This document shows, in pieces, positions 45,060 through 55,543 of a stretch of DNA of 64,000 bases. Numbering within the stretch: the first letter of the stretch is position 1; every line of letters starts with the position of its first letter. The notes beneath the pieces were generated by a model. That model saw only the letters and a list, made by a program, of their open reading frames with translations, did not search any database and was not told the DNA's origin. Source of the stretch: an uncultured bacterium (GTDB lineage Bacteria; Babelota; Babeliae; Babelales; Vermiphilaceae); NCBI GenBank assembly GCA_963727255.1, contig CAVSFC010000002.1, forward strand, positions 384,001 to 448,000. Reading direction: 5' to 3'. Made by a program: the position numbers and the translations under genes.

Positions 45060-45776
45060 ATGAAAAAATTGTTATATGCCTATCTAATTTCTCTCGGAAT
45101 TGCCGACGCTTCCAGTTTTGCGATGGACATAGAAAAAAACGAATATATTTATGATGTTCCTGCTATTGCAAACAAAGTCTTCCGAGTAACACCAACGGAG
45201 CAATTATTGGCTATTAAAACTGAAAATGAACTAACAGATGAAGGGATTATTGCCAATCTGATCATACGCCCGGATGTTAGTAAAAGAAAAGCAGTTGATA
45301 GCCTCGAGCTTACCTGCTTTGGTGCTAAGGGGGATAAAAATTGTATTAAAGAGAATGCTAATGAAATGCAATTAGGCGCGATAGCATTAATGCGATCCGA
45401 TGTTTCTGAAGCATTGGGGGGAGCGCATATTCCTGGAGATACTATTCATATCGAAGGGTTGCGCGTAGGAAAAAAATATATCAGTCCTGGCGATATTATT
45501 GTTATTCGTCGTCGAGGAACGGTTAAATCGATCTTGCTTAAAACATATATTCCTCATCATGCCTGTTGGAAGCTCAAAGCGCGCTGCGGCCAAGAAGCGT
45601 TTGATTTTTTAAATTGCGGAGGAGCGTATGAAAATGGTTACCAAAGTGATCGCGGCTTGATCCATGGTGAAAATGATCATCTTCGCGGGCTTATTTTGGC
45701 AGTGTTAAAAGAGGGCGAAGTGAACACTGGTGATAGCGCAGTGATCGAGCGGGCAGAAAAAAAGAAGCTCGATTAA
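45060..45776 (+). CDS. MOSC-domain-like protein with signal peptide (may extend to about 45915 through a frameshift)
   Basis: PGD.I, PHHACWKL, LRG..AVLKEGEV..GD; ..SFA|MDI. Confidence 0.65.
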   Translation: MKKLLYAYLISLGIADASSFAMDIEKNEYIYDVPAIANKVFRVTPTEQLLAIKTENELTDEGIIANLIIRPDVSKRKAVDSLELTCFGAKGDKNCIKENANEMQLGAIALMRSDVSEALGGAHIPGDTIHIEGLRVGKKYISPGDIIVIRRRGTVKSILLKTYIPHHACWKLKARCGQEAFDFLNCGGAYENGYQSDRGLIHGENDHLRGLILAVLKEGEVNTGDSAVIERAEKKKLD

Positions 45777-45920
45777 AAGAATTTAACGTGCATGAACTGG
45801 CAGCTAAATTGATGGCAATGAGCGAAGAACCTGGAAAAAAATATGAAACAAATCATCTGAATATTATGAAGGTGGAAAAAGATGCAGAGCAGAAACGAAA
45901 AAAATAGCCCAGCGTGATTC

Positions 45921-46352
45921 TTATTCTTCAAAAATTTTCTTGCTGCGCATTTTCTTAATCATGCCACGATGGGATTTTTCTTCCAATCGTGCTTCCTGAG
46001 CTCCTTTAGATACTCGTGTTGCCATTCTTTTTTTAGGAACATGAAGTGCTTTGCTGACAATCTGCCCCAGGCGTATGAGCGCCATTTTTCTATTTTGCTC
46101 TTGGCTGCGCGTTGCGCTGCTATGAATAATAAGATCCCCCTCAGCGGTTAGTTGCGCTGCAAGTTTTTCCAGCACTCGGTGCTTCTGCTCATCATTGAGA
46201 ACAGCGGTATTTTTCACATTCCAGCGGACGGTGATTTTGGTGCTTGTTTTATTAACATGCTGTCCGCCGGCTCCACCAGATCGGCTGCTGGTTATCTCAA
46301 TCTCATGTTCGGGAATAATAATTCCGTTTTTAACAGGTACATCATTTTTCAT
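45921..46352 (-). CDS. arfB: Alternative ribosome-rescue peptidyl-tRNA hydrolase
   Basis: SRSGGAGGQHVNK, RSQEQNR, basic C-terminal tail. Confidence 0.93.
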   Translation of the reverse strand: MKNDVPVKNGIIIPEHEIEITSSRSGGAGGQHVNKTSTKITVRWNVKNTAVLNDEQKHRVLEKLAAQLTAEGDLIIHSSATRSQEQNRKMALIRLGQIVSKALHVPKKRMATRVSKGAQEARLEEKSHRGMIKKMRSKKIFEE

Positions 46353-46778
46353 AGTGATAGTATGATAGCGTAAATGGGCAGTAAAATAATATGGTATGCG
46401 ATATTTTTGCTAGAAATACCGCTGTTGGATATATAAAAGCGAACTGTCGACAGTTTGTCACGAATTACAATTAAGTTGAGTTTGTGTCAAAACATCACGC
46501 ACTGAAATGATAAATTGAGAATTCAGTTATCAACAATTTGTCGACAACTGAAAATGACATTAGTTTTATAAAAAATAGGATCTCAAATGGTGTCGGAAAT
46601 AACAAATCTTCTTATTGAACTTTTTGATGCGATATTTTCTTTTATTATTATTGGATTCATTTTGGCAAAATTTTCATTTCCATGGAATATTTTTCTCATC
46701 GGGATTTTAATTCTTCCATTTGGTATTGGCATATTTCGGGCAATTTTGGCTCACGGTAAATAATAAAAGGATTATTTT

Positions 46779-47621
46779 ATGAGATATTTAGCACTCATGA
46801 TAATTGCAGTAACTTGCATGCATGGCATTCCGGCAGAAAAATTAACTAAAATTTTACATGAAGCAAAAGCTCCATTTTCATATAATCTTGGGCTCAAAGT
46901 GCTTCCGAGCAGGCATAAGCAAGCGCCGATAATGATCTGCTGCCATGGATATGGAGCAAATAATCAAATTGGTGATGCGGTTTATTCAACCGGTGCAGTA
47001 CTCGATCATATCGTGAGTTTTAATTTTCCCGATTTTGATTGTGTCGCAAAGCAATATGATCCAAAAAAGAGTACTTTTGGGAGCATTAATGAACTTTTGC
47101 CCCTCTTTTACATACTCAAAAAATGCGTCATCGATGCGCAGCAGGAAAAAATTAATCTTTATGGATTTTCTGCTGGAGGGGCCGCAGTTATTAATATGCT
47201 GGCAGTATTGAACCATACAACCTATGATGAGCAACTCAAAGATATTGGTATTACAGTTGAAAATAAGGAAAAAATTCGCGCAGCGATTCAAAAGGGTGTC
47301 ATCATTCTTGAATGCCCAATGAAATCAGTTGAAGAGCTTATGGATGCTCATGGTAAATCTCAGGAATTTGAAATTCTTGCCAAGAGGTATGCGCAGAATA
47401 GTATGCGGCCGATTGATGCAGTAAAAAATTTAGATGGTTTAAATCTCACTATTCTGCTCTATTTTGAGAATCCTGATGATATTTTGGGTAATCGCGATGA
47501 TCAGCTTTTAATTGACTGCCTAAAAAAAGCGAACAATGGAAAAACTGAAGTAGTAATCGGCTCGTATGGCGGGCATAATAGCTATCACAAAATTTTGTGG
47601 GATCGATATAAAAAACTCTAA
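46779..47621 (+). CDS. Exported alpha/beta hydrolase
   Basis: CHGYGA, GFSAG nucleophile elbow, C-terminal GGH. Confidence 0.75.
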   Translation: MRYLALMIIAVTCMHGIPAEKLTKILHEAKAPFSYNLGLKVLPSRHKQAPIMICCHGYGANNQIGDAVYSTGAVLDHIVSFNFPDFDCVAKQYDPKKSTFGSINELLPLFYILKKCVIDAQQEKINLYGFSAGGAAVINMLAVLNHTTYDEQLKDIGITVENKEKIRAAIQKGVIILECPMKSVEELMDAHGKSQEFEILAKRYAQNSMRPIDAVKNLDGLNLTILLYFENPDDILGNRDDQLLIDCLKKANNGKTEVVIGSYGGHNSYHKILWDRYKKL

Positions 47622-50182
47622 TTATTTGATTTATATATTTTATAAAAAAGCACCTTGATTATATCGGTAATAATAAAATAGCCTATTACGATGATTCCAA
47701 TAAAAAGCAAGTTGTGCATGGATAGTGGGGTAAAATGGAGAAACTTTTGCCCAAAGTAGGTGTAGGGTAATGCAACGGTGCTTAACGCAACAAGGGTTGA
47801 GAGTGTTGCTACGATCCATGAAGGAGCGGGTGCTCTATAAAAGGGAAGCGTGGTACGAATTGAATAGAAGAAGCTTACCTCCACCAAAACACTCGTTATA
47901 AACCAATTCGTTTGTAATACTGCCGGTTGCGCATGGTAAAAGAGGCTAAAAATAATAAAATCAGCGACCATAACCACTAGGCCAAGTATCATTGTAACTA
48001 ATGCGATATCCTTGAGATCATATTTTTTAGGTGTCTTAATATCATGAAAACTAACCGAATCAGTGGAAATTGCGATGAGCGGGAAATCAGTGAGCAAGCT
48101 TACGAGCAAAAGTTGAACCGGTAACATGGGTAAAAAATCGATTAAAAGCGATGCGATTGTCAATGCATAAAAATGCCCAAAATTCGCAGCCAGAGTAGAT
48201 TTTATATATTTAACCATGTTGGCTACAATTACTCGGCCTTCATGAATGCCATCCACAATAACGCGTAAACTTTTATGGAGTAAAATAATGTCGGCAACTT
48301 CGCGGGCGACATCAGCAGCAGTGTCAACAGCCATTGAGACAAAGGCGATTTTGAGTGCCGGCGCATCATTTATTCCATCGCCCAGATATCCAACATCATA
48401 TTTTTCTTCCAATGTTTTAATGATCTCTACCTTTTGATTAGGGACAATATGAGCAAAAGCCACACATTGTTCGATGCTTTTTTCTTTTCCAGTATTATCT
48501 TTCTGCGATAATTCTTCGCCACTGATTATTTGATTTTCATTGGTTATCAACTTAACGCTTTGAGCAACTGCATAATTTACTTCCTTGGTGTCTCCGCTAA
48601 TAATTTTTACGATAACTCCTAAATCATGCGCCCGTTTGAGGGCTGCGGCAGCAGTTGGCTTGAGTGGATCCTCATAAGAAATTAATCCGATATATTCTAA
48701 GTTAATTTCATCATCTTTACTGATTGTTGTAAGCGGTTTTGAGATTTCCTTTTTTGCAAAGCCAAGTACACGATGGCCCAAGAGGCCTTCTTTAATGCTC
48801 CAGGTATTTATTTCATCTTTATTTGCATCGCTCAATTGAGGACAACGAGAAATAACCTCTTGTACATTTCCTCGCACAAGTAATATATATTCATCTTTTT
48901 TTTGGAGGAGTACTGACGAGTAGCGTAATAATGGATCAAAAGGATGTTCTGCTATTACCGTGTATTGGTCAAGTAATTTTTGTTCTTTTTCCGTTAATTC
49001 TCGCCAAAGTGGGCCATTAAAACCTTGATCTTTTGCAAATGCAGAAGAAGGCAGACCTGAGGCTAATAAGCCGAAGATGATTGTTTGTTTTTCATCGGCT
49101 GATTTGATTGTCACAAGCTTTAATTTATTTTCTGTGAGGGTACCAGTTTTATCGGCGCATAATATTTCCATGCTCCCGAGATCCTCAATAGAAGAAAGCC
49201 TTTTTACCACTACTTTATGTTTTGCAAGATGCAATGCACCTCGAGAAAGTGAAGCGGTCATAACAATCGGTAATGCTTCAGGAATAATACTAATACCCAA
49301 AGCCATTGAGAAAATAATCAAATTGATAATATCGAGTTTTTGGTTGTTCAAAAGTAGATGTGCAATAAAGACGCATGCAACTGTGATGAGAATCATATAT
49401 AGAATAAATCGGCTAAATCGGGCAATTCCTTTAGCAAAACTGCTTAATTTAGTAGCTTCTTTTGCAGTAGTTGCAATCGAGCCGAAATATGAATTATTGC
49501 CAGTTGCGATAACAATACCAATTCCTTTGCCATTTAAAACAGTTGTCCCGCTAAATCCAATATTTGATGCATTGAATACAGTAATATTTTTATTTTCAAC
49601 AACCGCGTTATTTTTTTCTACGGGGGCTGATTCACCGGTTAAAATTGATTCATCGATCGTTAGATTTTCGGTATTGATAAGGCGCACATCAGCCGGAATC
49701 TTATCGCCAGGATATAATTTTATAACATCGCCCGGAACAAGTTGATCAGTATTTATTTCTACCTCTTTCCCATCGCGGACAATTCGAATTGTATCAACAA
49801 TATATTTTTGGAGAAGAAGAAGTGAATTATGGGACCGATACTCTTGATAAAAACTAAAAATAGTATTGATTCCCACTAAAATTAGAATCATCGAACCATC
49901 AAGCGGCTCTCGGAGGATAAAATTTATTAAGGCAATAATAATCAATAAATAAATAAAAGGAGATTTTATCTGATTTAAGAGAATATTCCATGCGGTAATC
50001 TCATGCCCGGTGATTGCATTAAACCCGAATTCTTTGTGAGCCTGAGCAACTTGTGCAGAAGAGAGCCCACGATTTTGATCAGTTTTTAATGATGAAATGA
50101 GTTCTTCGATTGATTGTGCGGCGTATTTTTTAAATATGCCTTCGGCCGGAAGTTTGAGATCTTTTTTTTCAGGCATATGCAC
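47618..50182 (-). CDS. mgtA: P-type ATPase, MgtA-like (Mg2+)
   Basis: TGES, IPEALP, DKTGTLT, GDGINDAPAL, ANFG. Confidence 0.85.
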   Translation of the reverse strand: MHMPEKKDLKLPAEGIFKKYAAQSIEELISSLKTDQNRGLSSAQVAQAHKEFGFNAITGHEITAWNILLNQIKSPFIYLLIIIALINFILREPLDGSMILILVGINTIFSFYQEYRSHNSLLLLQKYIVDTIRIVRDGKEVEINTDQLVPGDVIKLYPGDKIPADVRLINTENLTIDESILTGESAPVEKNNAVVENKNITVFNASNIGFSGTTVLNGKGIGIVIATGNNSYFGSIATTAKEATKLSSFAKGIARFSRFILYMILITVACVFIAHLLLNNQKLDIINLIIFSMALGISIIPEALPIVMTASLSRGALHLAKHKVVVKRLSSIEDLGSMEILCADKTGTLTENKLKLVTIKSADEKQTIIFGLLASGLPSSAFAKDQGFNGPLWRELTEKEQKLLDQYTVIAEHPFDPLLRYSSVLLQKKDEYILLVRGNVQEVISRCPQLSDANKDEINTWSIKEGLLGHRVLGFAKKEISKPLTTISKDDEINLEYIGLISYEDPLKPTAAAALKRAHDLGVIVKIISGDTKEVNYAVAQSVKLITNENQIISGEELSQKDNTGKEKSIEQCVAFAHIVPNQKVEIIKTLEEKYDVGYLGDGINDAPALKIAFVSMAVDTAADVAREVADIILLHKSLRVIVDGIHEGRVIVANMVKYIKSTLAANFGHFYALTIASLLIDFLPMLPVQLLLVSLLTDFPLIAISTDSVSFHDIKTPKKYDLKDIALVTMILGLVVMVADFIIFSLFYHAQPAVLQTNWFITSVLVEVSFFYSIRTTLPFYRAPAPSWIVATLSTLVALSTVALPYTYFGQKFLHFTPLSMHNLLFIGIIVIGYFIITDIIKVLFYKIYKSNN

Positions 50183-50334
50183 TCCTCTAAATATTTAGCC
50201 TGATGGAATGATACAAAATGAGAAAAGTAAAAATGAAGAATTAACAATGTTCAATCATATTTTATTGCAAAAAAACCTAAAAGGCTTATGATTGAGACAT
50301 TTTAAAACAATCTCATCTATGAAAGGCTTTTCGA

Positions 50335-51363
50335 ATGAGTAAAATGATACATGCATTTATGCTTTTACTTTGTTTTTCTCTGGTAAATGGCAACTCTCAC
50401 TATAAAAAAGATAGTTGCTATGTCCAAGAACTTAAGAGTTTCAAAAAATCCCCTGACAATGAGCTTATCTTCAATGAAGATGTGAATCCCGGATTGGCGC
50501 ATATTCAGAAATCTCTTGAGATATGCAAAGATCTTTCTTTTTTGGGGCGTCTTTCTCGCTTCATGTTTATGAGGCTGGATCCGGTTATTGTTACTGCTAC
50601 AACAATGCCAAAGTTGCATGCATATGTTGATAATGTGTGCAAAAAAGCAGGTATTGCAACCCCAATCATTTTTATTACACCAGATAAACATGGGTTTTTT
50701 AATGCGGCTGCAGCAAAACTATTTACGAGTACCGGTGGTATTATTATTGGTCAAAAAATGATTTATGAAACTACCCAAGAAGAATTGGAAGCAATTATCG
50801 CACATGAAATTGGCCATATTAAATACAATCATGTTAATAAGAATATTGCATTACTATTTGCTTCTTGGTTCGGCGCTGAGATACTCACCAATTTCGCTGT
50901 TGAAAGTTATAGACAAATCACTAATACCGATAAAATACCTTACACGGAAAATCAATTGTGGCTAAAAGTCTGGGTTCCGCTTATTGCTTTCTGGACTGGC
51001 CCGAGCCTTATCGTTAACAAACGTTTCGAAAAACAAGCCGATCATTTTGCCTTTGAAAATGGACGAGCGCAAGGGCTGGCTGACGTTTTCCAAGGTTTTA
51101 TAGAGCGTGAATCTGAATATGATGAAGATTTTAATACAGTTTATGCAAATCTGCAAAATGCTAAATCTAAGATTTCATGTTTTGATTATTTCGCATTAAT
51201 GTTCAGGTATTATCTTAGTAAGGGTGGGCATTGTTTCGATAAATTTTATCGATATGTATATACGCATACTCCATTGGGAGCTCATCCATCTCATGAAGCG
51301 CGTATTAAGGCAGCGCAAGAGTATCTTGCTCAGCATTCGGATTGGGAAGCTTCGCAAAATTAA
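50335..51363 (+). CDS. Peptidase M48 family zinc metalloprotease
   Basis: AHEIGH, E.QAD, HPS..RI. Confidence 0.88.
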   Translation: MSKMIHAFMLLLCFSLVNGNSHYKKDSCYVQELKSFKKSPDNELIFNEDVNPGLAHIQKSLEICKDLSFLGRLSRFMFMRLDPVIVTATTMPKLHAYVDNVCKKAGIATPIIFITPDKHGFFNAAAAKLFTSTGGIIIGQKMIYETTQEELEAIIAHEIGHIKYNHVNKNIALLFASWFGAEILTNFAVESYRQITNTDKIPYTENQLWLKVWVPLIAFWTGPSLIVNKRFEKQADHFAFENGRAQGLADVFQGFIERESEYDEDFNTVYANLQNAKSKISCFDYFALMFRYYLSKGGHCFDKFYRYVYTHTPLGAHPSHEARIKAAQEYLAQHSDWEASQN

Positions 51364-51387
51364 AAATATATCTCTTAGAACAGAATT

Positions 51388-51415
51388 AAAAGGCACTCAT
51401 AACTGAGTGCCTTCT
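51388..51415 (+). terminator. Intrinsic terminator
   Basis: aaggcactca-taac-tgagtgcctt followed by T tract. Confidence 0.75.
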
Positions 51416-51616
51416 TTTATTCTCCGACGCCAGAAAACCGCAAGGCTTTTTAAGCCTGGGGATGAATGGCGGGAGAATATCCGCCGAAGTTTGCCAAGCC
51501 GGCCTGTCCTTCGTAGCTTTAGCGTAGTAGGAAAGGCCCGGATAAACGTAGGCTGGATAAGGCTTTGGCGAATTCCGCGCGATACACCGGCTTTTAAGCC
51601 GGTGAGCGCTTTATTT
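51416..51616 (+). mobile_element. About 200-bp non-autonomous palindromic element, IS200/IS605-end-like (copy 1)
   Basis: Near-identical to 54454-54658; subterminal hairpins aggctttttaagcct and caccggcttttaagccggtg; no transposase. Confidence 0.75.
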
Positions 51617-52321
51617 AAATAATTGCTGAAGAAAAGCCTCAATATCATTCCATGAATGATTTGCTGCGATTGGATTATATAAAAGCCCATTCTTCGCATC
51701 ATTTGCCTGAGGATTTACAAAGGCATGTTTCGTATTTCCATACAAATTTGCTTGCCAATCAACATTCGATTCATCGAGCTCTTTGCCCAATATTTTTAGC
51801 TGCTCGATAGTGGCAATTGGATCATTAAATCCATGAAGAATGAGAATTTTCGCTTTAATGGGATGTGTTTTTACATGGTCGGGTGCATCGAAATGTCCGT
51901 AGACACTAATAGCCCCATTTAGAGAAACGCCACTTCGTGCCAAGTCGAGTGCACAAATTCCGCCAAAGCCGTAGCCTAAAGCTACGATTTTTGATGTGTC
52001 AGCAGAGGGCAATGAACAAGCTATTTGGTAGCCTTTTAAAATTCTTCTTTGGAGTAACGCGCGATCTGCAATAAAAGGTGCTTTGAGTGAAGCATTTTCT
52101 TCTTTTGATTTGCCAAGAATATTTTTGCCATACATATCAAGCGCAAAGCCAATATATCCTAATTGGGCGATAAGTTCCGCTTTTTCTTGTATAAATGCAT
52201 CTCTGCCTGCCCACGCATGGCAAAGAATTACCAAAGGCCGTTTACTTTCAGATTGATATGCGCAAAACGCTTGCAATTCAATTTTTTCATCATAATACGG
52301 AACTAATGTTTTCTTTAGCAT
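51611..52321 (-). CDS. Dienelactone hydrolase family protein
   Basis: HAWAG, DMYG, GYGFGG (Gly where the family has Cys), LHG..D, HAF.NP. Confidence 0.88.
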   Translation of the reverse strand: MLKKTLVPYYDEKIELQAFCAYQSESKRPLVILCHAWAGRDAFIQEKAELIAQLGYIGFALDMYGKNILGKSKEENASLKAPFIADRALLQRRILKGYQIACSLPSADTSKIVALGYGFGGICALDLARSGVSLNGAISVYGHFDAPDHVKTHPIKAKILILHGFNDPIATIEQLKILGKELDESNVDWQANLYGNTKHAFVNPQANDAKNGLLYNPIAANHSWNDIEAFLQQLFK

Positions 52322-52395
52322 GATTTATTCCTACACAATCTTGATTGTTTGGCTTTTCTTTTTTTATTATAAAAAAAATAAGAAAAGGAGTCTCA

Positions 52396-54453
52396 ATGAA
52401 TAAAAGAAAATTATTGATGGCATTTGTGGCAGTTTTTTTTTCAATTAATTGGGTTATTCCAGTAACTGCAAATATGGTATGCCCAGCATGTTCACCCGTT
52501 GCTGCTACCTTTTGTTCGGGATGCTTTAAAAATGATTTATCAGTGCAAGGAAATTTTTCTGTCTGTGGGACTTCAACATTTTATGGACCAGTAATTTTTA
52601 ATGTGACTGGTCCCGGTGGTACTGGCTGCACGGGCGGTAACTTTGTTTTTCCAGGAAATGTTGGCATCACTGGCAATTTAAGTGTTTGTGGTTACATTGA
52701 CAGCGATACCGATTTTAGACTCAGCCAGATAATTATTCTTAAAGAAGATCTGCTTGACGATGGAAATCTTTCAGTTGGTTTTGGCACAAACAATGTTGCC
52801 AATGGAGTAGAAAATACTGCGGTCGGATTTAATGCATTGTCTGTAAATGCCACCGGAATAAATAATACGGCTCTTGGCAGTGCGGCGCTTTCCAGCAATA
52901 CGTTTGGAGAAAATAATGTTGGGATAGGAGCAGGCGCGCTTGCTGATAATGATTCCGGTTCAGATAATGTAGCGGTAGGTACTGCTGCTCTTTCAAATAA
53001 TGTTCTCGGAATAAATAATATAGGGATAGGTACCCAGGCTTTATTTAATAATATTGCATCAGGGAACGTTGCGATTGGGTTTAAATCGCTTTTTAGTAAT
53101 ATCTCTGGCATCAATAATATTGCCCTTGGCACTGCTTTGACAAGTAATACCAGTGGATCGAATAATATAGCATTTGGATTCGCTGCATTATTGGCAAATA
53201 CAATGGGTATTCAAAATATCGCAATAGGCACATCAGCTCTCGCCAGTAATATCACCGGTGATAACTGCGTTGCCATCGGCTTCCAATCATTATTTAATAA
53301 CACTGAAGATAATAATATTGGCATCGGGTTTCAAACATTGTTTACCAATACTCTTGGGGCGGATAATATTGCATTAGGTACTTCTGCTCTTTTTTCAAAC
53401 ATCACGGGTGAAGATAATATTGCGCTTGGCTTCCAAGCACTCTTTATGAATTCCAGCGCAAACAATAATATTGCAATGGGAAAGCAGGCACTTTTTGCTA
53501 ACACTATGGGTAGCGATAATATAGGTTTAGGATTTAATGCTTTAAAGAACAATGGAGATGGCACGGATAATATTGCACTGGGCAATAGTGCGATGCTGAG
53601 CAATACGAGTGGAATTGATAATATCGCATTTGGCCAAAACTCATTAAAAGCAAATATGGCGGGCAGCCAAAATATCGGGATGGGTGCATCATCGCTGACC
53701 AGTAATGTTGATGGTATAGAAAATGTTGCTTGCGGCTTTGAGGCGCTCATGAATAATGTGAGCGGTGATGATAATGTTGCCCTTGGGTATCAAGCACTAT
53801 ACGCCAATGTGACCGGCGCGAATAATGTGGCGGTTGGGCCTTTTGCCTTATTTGATTCTTCAGGACTTGCAAATACTGCCATTGGAGGCTCAGCATTGGA
53901 TGGGCTTATGACAGGTAATGGTAATATCGCTGTAGGGATTTCTGCCGGATCTAATCTTGTTAACTCGAATGATGCTATTATGATCGGCAGCCTGGGAACG
54001 GCGGCAGATGATAATATTATCCGAATCGGAGCTGCCCAATCAGAATGTTTTATTGCCGGTATTTTTGGGGTAACCACTACTCTGGGGGATGCGATTCCTG
54101 TGGTTATTGATGGTAATGGGCAATTGGGAACTGTTGTTTCTTCTGAACGATTTAAAGAAAATATAGAATTATTGCCTGATCAGACCGAGCTTTTGATGCA
54201 ATTGAGACCGGTTACATTTAATTATAGGCATGATAAAAATCATAAAAATCACTATGGTCTTATTGCCGAAGAGGTAGCCAAAATTTATCCTGACTTGGTA
54301 GTCTACGATAAAGAAGGGCAAATATATACGGTAAATTATATGGATTTGATTCCGCTCTTACTCGCACAGATTCAATTGCTCGAGCAAAAATCTCAGAGTT
54401 ATGAGCGCCAATTGGCCCATCTGCAGGGAGCAATCGAGCATTTTGCCGCTTAG
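52396..54453 (+). CDS. Exported fibre/adhesin: 14-aa beta-roll repeats plus C-terminal peptidase S74 chaperone domain
   Basis: Tandem N.A.G..AL..N..G repeats; SSERFKENI..LRPVTF.Y..YGLIAEEV..IYPDLV..VNY. Confidence 0.85.
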   Translation: MNKRKLLMAFVAVFFSINWVIPVTANMVCPACSPVAATFCSGCFKNDLSVQGNFSVCGTSTFYGPVIFNVTGPGGTGCTGGNFVFPGNVGITGNLSVCGYIDSDTDFRLSQIIILKEDLLDDGNLSVGFGTNNVANGVENTAVGFNALSVNATGINNTALGSAALSSNTFGENNVGIGAGALADNDSGSDNVAVGTAALSNNVLGINNIGIGTQALFNNIASGNVAIGFKSLFSNISGINNIALGTALTSNTSGSNNIAFGFAALLANTMGIQNIAIGTSALASNITGDNCVAIGFQSLFNNTEDNNIGIGFQTLFTNTLGADNIALGTSALFSNITGEDNIALGFQALFMNSSANNNIAMGKQALFANTMGSDNIGLGFNALKNNGDGTDNIALGNSAMLSNTSGIDNIAFGQNSLKANMAGSQNIGMGASSLTSNVDGIENVACGFEALMNNVSGDDNVALGYQALYANVTGANNVAVGPFALFDSSGLANTAIGGSALDGLMTGNGNIAVGISAGSNLVNSNDAIMIGSLGTAADDNIIRIGAAQSECFIAGIFGVTTTLGDAIPVVIDGNGQLGTVVSSERFKENIELLPDQTELLMQLRPVTFNYRHDKNHKNHYGLIAEEVAKIYPDLVVYDKEGQIYTVNYMDLIPLLLAQIQLLEQKSQSYERQLAHLQGAIEHFAA

Positions 54454-54658
54454 TTTATTCTCCGACGCCAGAAAACCCCAAGGCTTTTTAAGCCTGGGGA
54501 TGAATAGCGGGGAATATCCGCCGAAGTTTGCCGAGCCGGCCTGTCCTTCGTAGCTTTAGCGTAGTAGGAAAGGCCCTGATAAACGTAGGCTGGATTGGAT
54601 AAGGCTTTGGCGAATTCCGTGCAATACAACGGCTTTTAAGCTGGTGAGCGTTTTATTT
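54454..54658 (+). mobile_element. About 200-bp non-autonomous palindromic element (copy 2)
   Basis: Direct repeat of 51416-51616 with few substitutions and a tggat duplication. Confidence 0.75.
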
Positions 54659-54837
54659 TTCTATTAGAATATAAAAAATCCATATTTTGGCCTACAAAAA
54701 CTCATGAGGGCCTCCAGTAATATTACAAATAAAAATTAATATAAAATTATAAATTTTATTATTTGATTAAAAATATTATTTTGTTATCCTCATGGTATAG
54801 GTATAGAAATGGTTCCTATATTAAATGTGAGGATTGC

Positions 54838-55531
54838 GTGAGTCGGTTTTTATTTCCCCTTTTGCTTGTTTCTTTTTCGTTAACGAATGCTCAAATGATT
54901 ACTGTTGAATGTTCGAATGGTAACGCAGAGTTTGCGCTCTCGATTTGCGCGAATCGAAGTGCCTTAGAATTACGCAATCAGCTTTGAGCAGAGATCCTTT
55001 GCAAATAACAGCTTGTTCTCTTCCGGATATTGATACCCGATCGCTTGCGCTGTTTATTAAGCTTTCAAAATTGGATGATTCAAAAATTTTTACATTCATC
55101 GATTCATTAAAACCGGATGAGTTTAAAGTATTTGATTACTATGCAAAATATTTGTGTGTTTATCATGAATTCGATGCTCTGTTTAAAATTAAATATCTCA
55201 AAGAATATGGGCTGCAAGATGCCAATAAAGATATGAGAGATTTTGTAGATAAAAGATATTTTATTTTTAAGATTGTGAATATTCCCAATCCAATATATCT
55301 CGATGGCAGAACACAAATCTTTTTGAACACTATTGTGGTTCTGATTTTGCATCATTTACAAATTCAATAACCAATGATGGGCGTGCCTTTTTTGCATTGA
55401 TCGATTTCTATCAAGAAACAATGAAAAAGGCATTGCCGATTACTACCGATCATTTGAAAGATGTATTTAATAGTTTGGATCCGCTTATTCAGGATCAACT
55501 GCTCAAAAAGCAATTAGTCATTGTCCCGTAA
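54838..55531 (+). CDS. Exported protein with Skp1/BTB-like N-terminus (frameshifted)
   Basis: MITVECSNG..RESKCL..LPDIDTRSL; C-terminus matches next gene (YQET.KK.LPI.TDHL..VFN). Confidence 0.55.
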
Positions 55532-55543
55532 ATAGAGGTTTAC

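Noticed and set aside
46440..46765. Gene remnant (LSTICRQLKM-like) and a short hydrophobic ORF
   Set aside because: Too short and broken to support a call
49077..49745. 222-aa antisense ORF inside the P-type ATPase, and similar antisense ORFs in the fibre gene
   Set aside because: Typical shadow frames of real genes, with no independent features
51397..51702. ORFs 51397-51702 (-) and 51407-51622 (+), and likewise 11813-12109 and 60575-60763
   Set aside because: They are read-throughs of GC-rich palindromic repeats with no RBS or protein features
52780..53960. CRISPR-like or DNA tandem array
   Set aside because: The periodicity comes from degenerate 14-aa protein repeats inside one ORF; no identical repeats with spacers and no cas genes
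52396..54453. Prophage tail fibre indicating a prophage
   Set aside because: The gene has a signal peptide and no neighbouring phage genes
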